Shown in pieces: positions 61,326-64,000 of a stretch of DNA of 64,000 bases. The translations under genes were made by a program, and so were the position numbers. The notes under the pieces were generated by a model that was not told the origin of the DNA, made no database searches, and saw only the letters and a program-made list of their open reading frames with translations. The stretch spans positions 6,240,001-6,304,000 of the forward strand of contig OY843751.1 of the NCBI GenBank assembly GCA_963693055.1, in the 5' to 3' direction. This stretch comes from a bacterium. Lineage in GTDB: Bacteria > Zhuqueibacterota > Zhuqueibacteria > Residuimicrobiales > Krinioviventaceae. Numbering within the stretch: the first letter of the stretch is position 1; each line of letters opens with the position of its first letter.

Positions 61326-62762
61326 ATGACAAAAAAGAGTATGATTTTCGTACTGGTATTGTTGTTGGCGGGGTATACCTTTGCCAAAGTGACCGGTACA
61401 TATAAAATGGAATCCGAGCCTAACCAGGGTCTTGCCGGGAACGGCATTACCGATATAGCACCGGGAGCCAATGCGTTGTGGTTGGGTACCGGATATGGTC
61501 TGAGCCGAACTACAGATAATGGAGAGACCTTTGAATCTTTTGGCCCCGCACAGGGAATTGGACGTTACAGTGTATCTGCATTGTGGGTGAGCGGTGATAC
61601 CATCATTGTTGCCACGGCAGGTGATACGTTGATTGAAAGTCTGGACAGCTATGAAGATTATGGAACGGGTATCTCAATTTCAGTTGATGGTGGTGACAGT
61701 TGGGATCTCTTGCCCCAACCCCCCCAGGATTATACACCGGTAAACAATTTGAGTTATGATATTGCCGTGCATGATGGAAACATATTTTTGGCAAGTTTTG
61801 GCGGAGGCTTGGTTAAGGGATCGAATTTTGGAGAATCTTGGGAGATAACCACTCCGGATTCTTTTGTGTTTAATCCGGGCGGTCGTTTGAACCATCGAGT
61901 GTTTTCTGTTTTGAATGCCAGCGGAGTGTTGTGGGTTGGCACTGCTGAAGGTGTAAACAAGTCTACGGATGGTGGCGAGAATTGGGTTAATTTCAATGCA
62001 ACCAACCAGGACCAGCCAATATCAGGCAACTGGGTCATTGCACTTGCCCAGCAAAAAATAGATGACAAGGAACTCATTTGGGTTTGTTCAAATAAAGCCG
62101 AAGGCTCGGATGAACGTTATGGCGTTTCTGTTACCGAAAACGGCGGCCTGACCTGGAAAACCACATTGCTTGATATCTGGGCAACCAACTTTGCGTTTGA
62201 CGGTGAAACGGTTTATGTGTCTACACGTGAAGGACTATTCAAGTCAACAGACTTTGGTGATACCTGGTACAAATTTCCGGACATTACCGATACAATTACC
62301 GGAGACAAGGTGTTCACGGAACAAATCTATTCCGTCTATGCAGACAATGGTGTCTTGTGGGTAGGTACATCAGATGGCCTGGCCCGCACCAGTGACAATG
62401 GCTATACTTGGGATGTGAATCGTGCGTATGTTCCATCCGGTAAAGGCGATGTACCACGGACATATGCGTACCCTAATCCCTTTTCTCCTACACGTTACAA
62501 TTTGCTTGATAATGACGGTCATGTTCGTTTGCAGTATAATACAAAATCGGCAGGTAATGTTACAATTCGTATTTTTGATTTTGCAATGGATTTGGTGACT
62601 ACAATTGTAGAAAATAAATATGTGGCGGATAAAGGTGACTATAACGAAATGTGGACAGGTCGAAATGATTATGGTGATTCTGTTGCCAATGGTGTCTATT
62701 TTTACAGCGTTGAAATTGAAAACGACGGCACCTATTGGGGAAAGATAATGGTGGTCAACTGA
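61326..62762 (+). CDS. Beta-propeller (Asp-box/BNR) protein with C-terminal T9SS/FlgD-type sorting domain (PorZ-like architecture)
   Basis: Signal peptide; repeated S/T-x-D-x-G-x-T/S-W and LWVGT motifs; C-terminal YPNPFSP...W.GRNDYGDSVANGVYFY. Confidence 0.75.
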   Translation: MTKKSMIFVLVLLLAGYTFAKVTGTYKMESEPNQGLAGNGITDIAPGANALWLGTGYGLSRTTDNGETFESFGPAQGIGRYSVSALWVSGDTIIVATAGDTLIESLDSYEDYGTGISISVDGGDSWDLLPQPPQDYTPVNNLSYDIAVHDGNIFLASFGGGLVKGSNFGESWEITTPDSFVFNPGGRLNHRVFSVLNASGVLWVGTAEGVNKSTDGGENWVNFNATNQDQPISGNWVIALAQQKIDDKELIWVCSNKAEGSDERYGVSVTENGGLTWKTTLLDIWATNFAFDGETVYVSTREGLFKSTDFGDTWYKFPDITDTITGDKVFTEQIYSVYADNGVLWVGTSDGLARTSDNGYTWDVNRAYVPSGKGDVPRTYAYPNPFSPTRYNLLDNDGHVRLQYNTKSAGNVTIRIFDFAMDLVTTIVENKYVADKGDYNEMWTGRNDYGDSVANGVYFYSVEIENDGTYWGKIMVVN

Positions 62763-63754
62763 TGAAATTAAAAGAGTTTAATATGAAGCATACATTAGGG
62801 TTGTTACTGGCTATATTGCTTTTGTCAGGCACTGTTATAGCAGAAAATGGAGATGGTGGGTACGCCGGTGCTTTTTTACGAATGGGTATGGGCGCGCGCG
62901 CCAAAGCCCTGGGTGATGCATATTCCGCGGTTCCCGAAGGTGCAATTGCCGGATTTTATAATCCTGCTTTATTGCCGCATTTAAAAGAGAGACAGTTGAT
63001 TGCCTCTTATGCGTTCTTGTCTCTTGACAGAAGTCTGGATTATGTGGGTTACGCGCAATCTTTGAATCCCCCTTCCGTCAACGGAAGAAAGAATCCGCTA
63101 AAGGCGGGTATTTCTTTTGCATGGGTGCATGCGGGCGTTGATAATATTTATGGAACGGATGGCAGTGGTAATCATACACAAGATTATTCAAATGCAGAAC
63201 ACGCATTCTATCTTTCTTTTGCCGTTAGTCCTCATAAAAAGTTTTCTGTTGGAATAAGCGGCAAGGTGTTGTATAATCGCATGCCGGGACTGGAAATAGA
63301 TGATGGTACCCTGACTTCAACCGGTTTTGGTATGGATGTTGGAGCATATTTTTCACCAATCCATAATTTAACTTTTGGGTTGGTATTGCGTGACAATATG
63401 AGTAAATATACCTGGAACACGGATAATGTTTTTGATCGCGGTACCAGTACAACAAATGTGTTTCCCAAGGTGACCCGGGCAGCAGTAGCATATCGCATTC
63501 CTCAGGAATGGTTGATGGTTACTGCCGAAGTGGAAGACAGTAAAGAGCAAAATCCCCGGTACCATTTTGGTGCTGAATTGATGCGGGCCGGTATGGGAGC
63601 GCTTCGTGTTGGTTTAGACGATGGTATGCCAACTTTTGGAATGGGACTTGTATTTCAGGTGTTTAATAAAACAACCATGATCGATTACGCTTTTGCATCA
63701 AACGATTATGATATTGGTACGGACCATATATTTACATGGTCATTCAATCTATAA
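62762..63754 (+). CDS. PorV/PorQ family outer-membrane beta-barrel
   Basis: AFLRMGMGARAKALGDAY...FYNPALL hatch motif; GFGMDVG; aromatic C-terminus. Confidence 0.85.
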   Translation: MKLKEFNMKHTLGLLLAILLLSGTVIAENGDGGYAGAFLRMGMGARAKALGDAYSAVPEGAIAGFYNPALLPHLKERQLIASYAFLSLDRSLDYVGYAQSLNPPSVNGRKNPLKAGISFAWVHAGVDNIYGTDGSGNHTQDYSNAEHAFYLSFAVSPHKKFSVGISGKVLYNRMPGLEIDDGTLTSTGFGMDVGAYFSPIHNLTFGLVLRDNMSKYTWNTDNVFDRGTSTTNVFPKVTRAAVAYRIPQEWLMVTAEVEDSKEQNPRYHFGAELMRAGMGALRVGLDDGMPTFGMGLVFQVFNKTTMIDYAFASNDYDIGTDHIFTWSFNL

Positions 63755-63770
63755 AATGTGGATGATGGTA

Positions 63771-64000
63771 ATGAAAAGGATAGTTTTACTTTTTGTGATA
63801 TTGCTTCCGGCTGTAATGTTTGCTGCCGGTGAAACCGGATTAGCTGCTTTAAAAATTGGAATTAGTGCTCGTGCAAGCGGAATGGGTGAAGCATTTACCG
63901 CAACTGCAGATGATGCTTCCGGATTGTTTTGGAATCCAGCAGGTACTGCCTGGGTAACCAAACGACAAGCAAGTTTTACCTATAACCAATGGTTGCAGGA
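63771..64000 (+). CDS. Second PorV/PorQ family protein (3' end outside the window)
   Basis: Reads MKRIVLLFVILLPAVMFAAGETGLAALKIGISARASGMGEAFTATADDASGLFWNPAG; absent from the ORF track because it runs off the end. Confidence 0.85.
   Translation, partial: MKRIVLLFVILLPAVMFAAGETGLAALKIGISARASGMGEAFTATADDASGLFWNPAGTAWVTKRQASFTYNQWLQ

Noticed and set aside
163-63961. The many short ORFs overlapping or antisense to long genes in the ORF track
   Set aside because: They are shadows of well-supported genes with no recognisable motifs. Duplicated ones (e.g. 3031-3261 and 5151-5402; 12447-12713 and 16727-16993) merely reflect the gene duplications.

Overview
A 64 kb stretch of chromosome from a Gram-negative bacterium of the FCB group. 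The gene set (Bacteroidota-type short sigma-70, type-2 IleRS, FlgD-type sorting domains, several PorV-like barrels) points to a non-Bacteroidota lineage such as KSB1 or Calditrichota; this assignment is an inference. It is mostly housekeeping: yggS-yggT-divIVA-PNP-mtnP-ileS-lspA, serS, pyrFE, rsgA, a sigma-70 factor, trkAH, ltaE and fetAB. Accessory content includes two tandem duplications with patchy near-identical tracts (sialate O-acetylesterases; PorU-like C25 sortases) and an AT-rich polysaccharide cassette carrying a D-glucuronyl C5-epimerase. The most interesting candidate system is a T9SS-like attachment complex: two PorU sortases with divergent catalytic-domain loops, plus an operon of a lipoprotein, a PorZ-like propeller-CTD protein and at least two PorV/PorQ barrels behind a structured leader RNA with a terminator. 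Other notable items are a PdxJ homolog lacking its catalytic residues, a PNP with a changed base-binding pocket, a GIHH-motif IleRS2, an EndoQ-UvrD fusion, a probable ATT start codon for fetA, a hidden outer-membrane-protein pseudogene, antisense promoters and REP-like palindromes. No rRNA, tRNA, CRISPR array, intact transposase or prophage was recognised. All calls come from reading motifs by eye; no searches were run.
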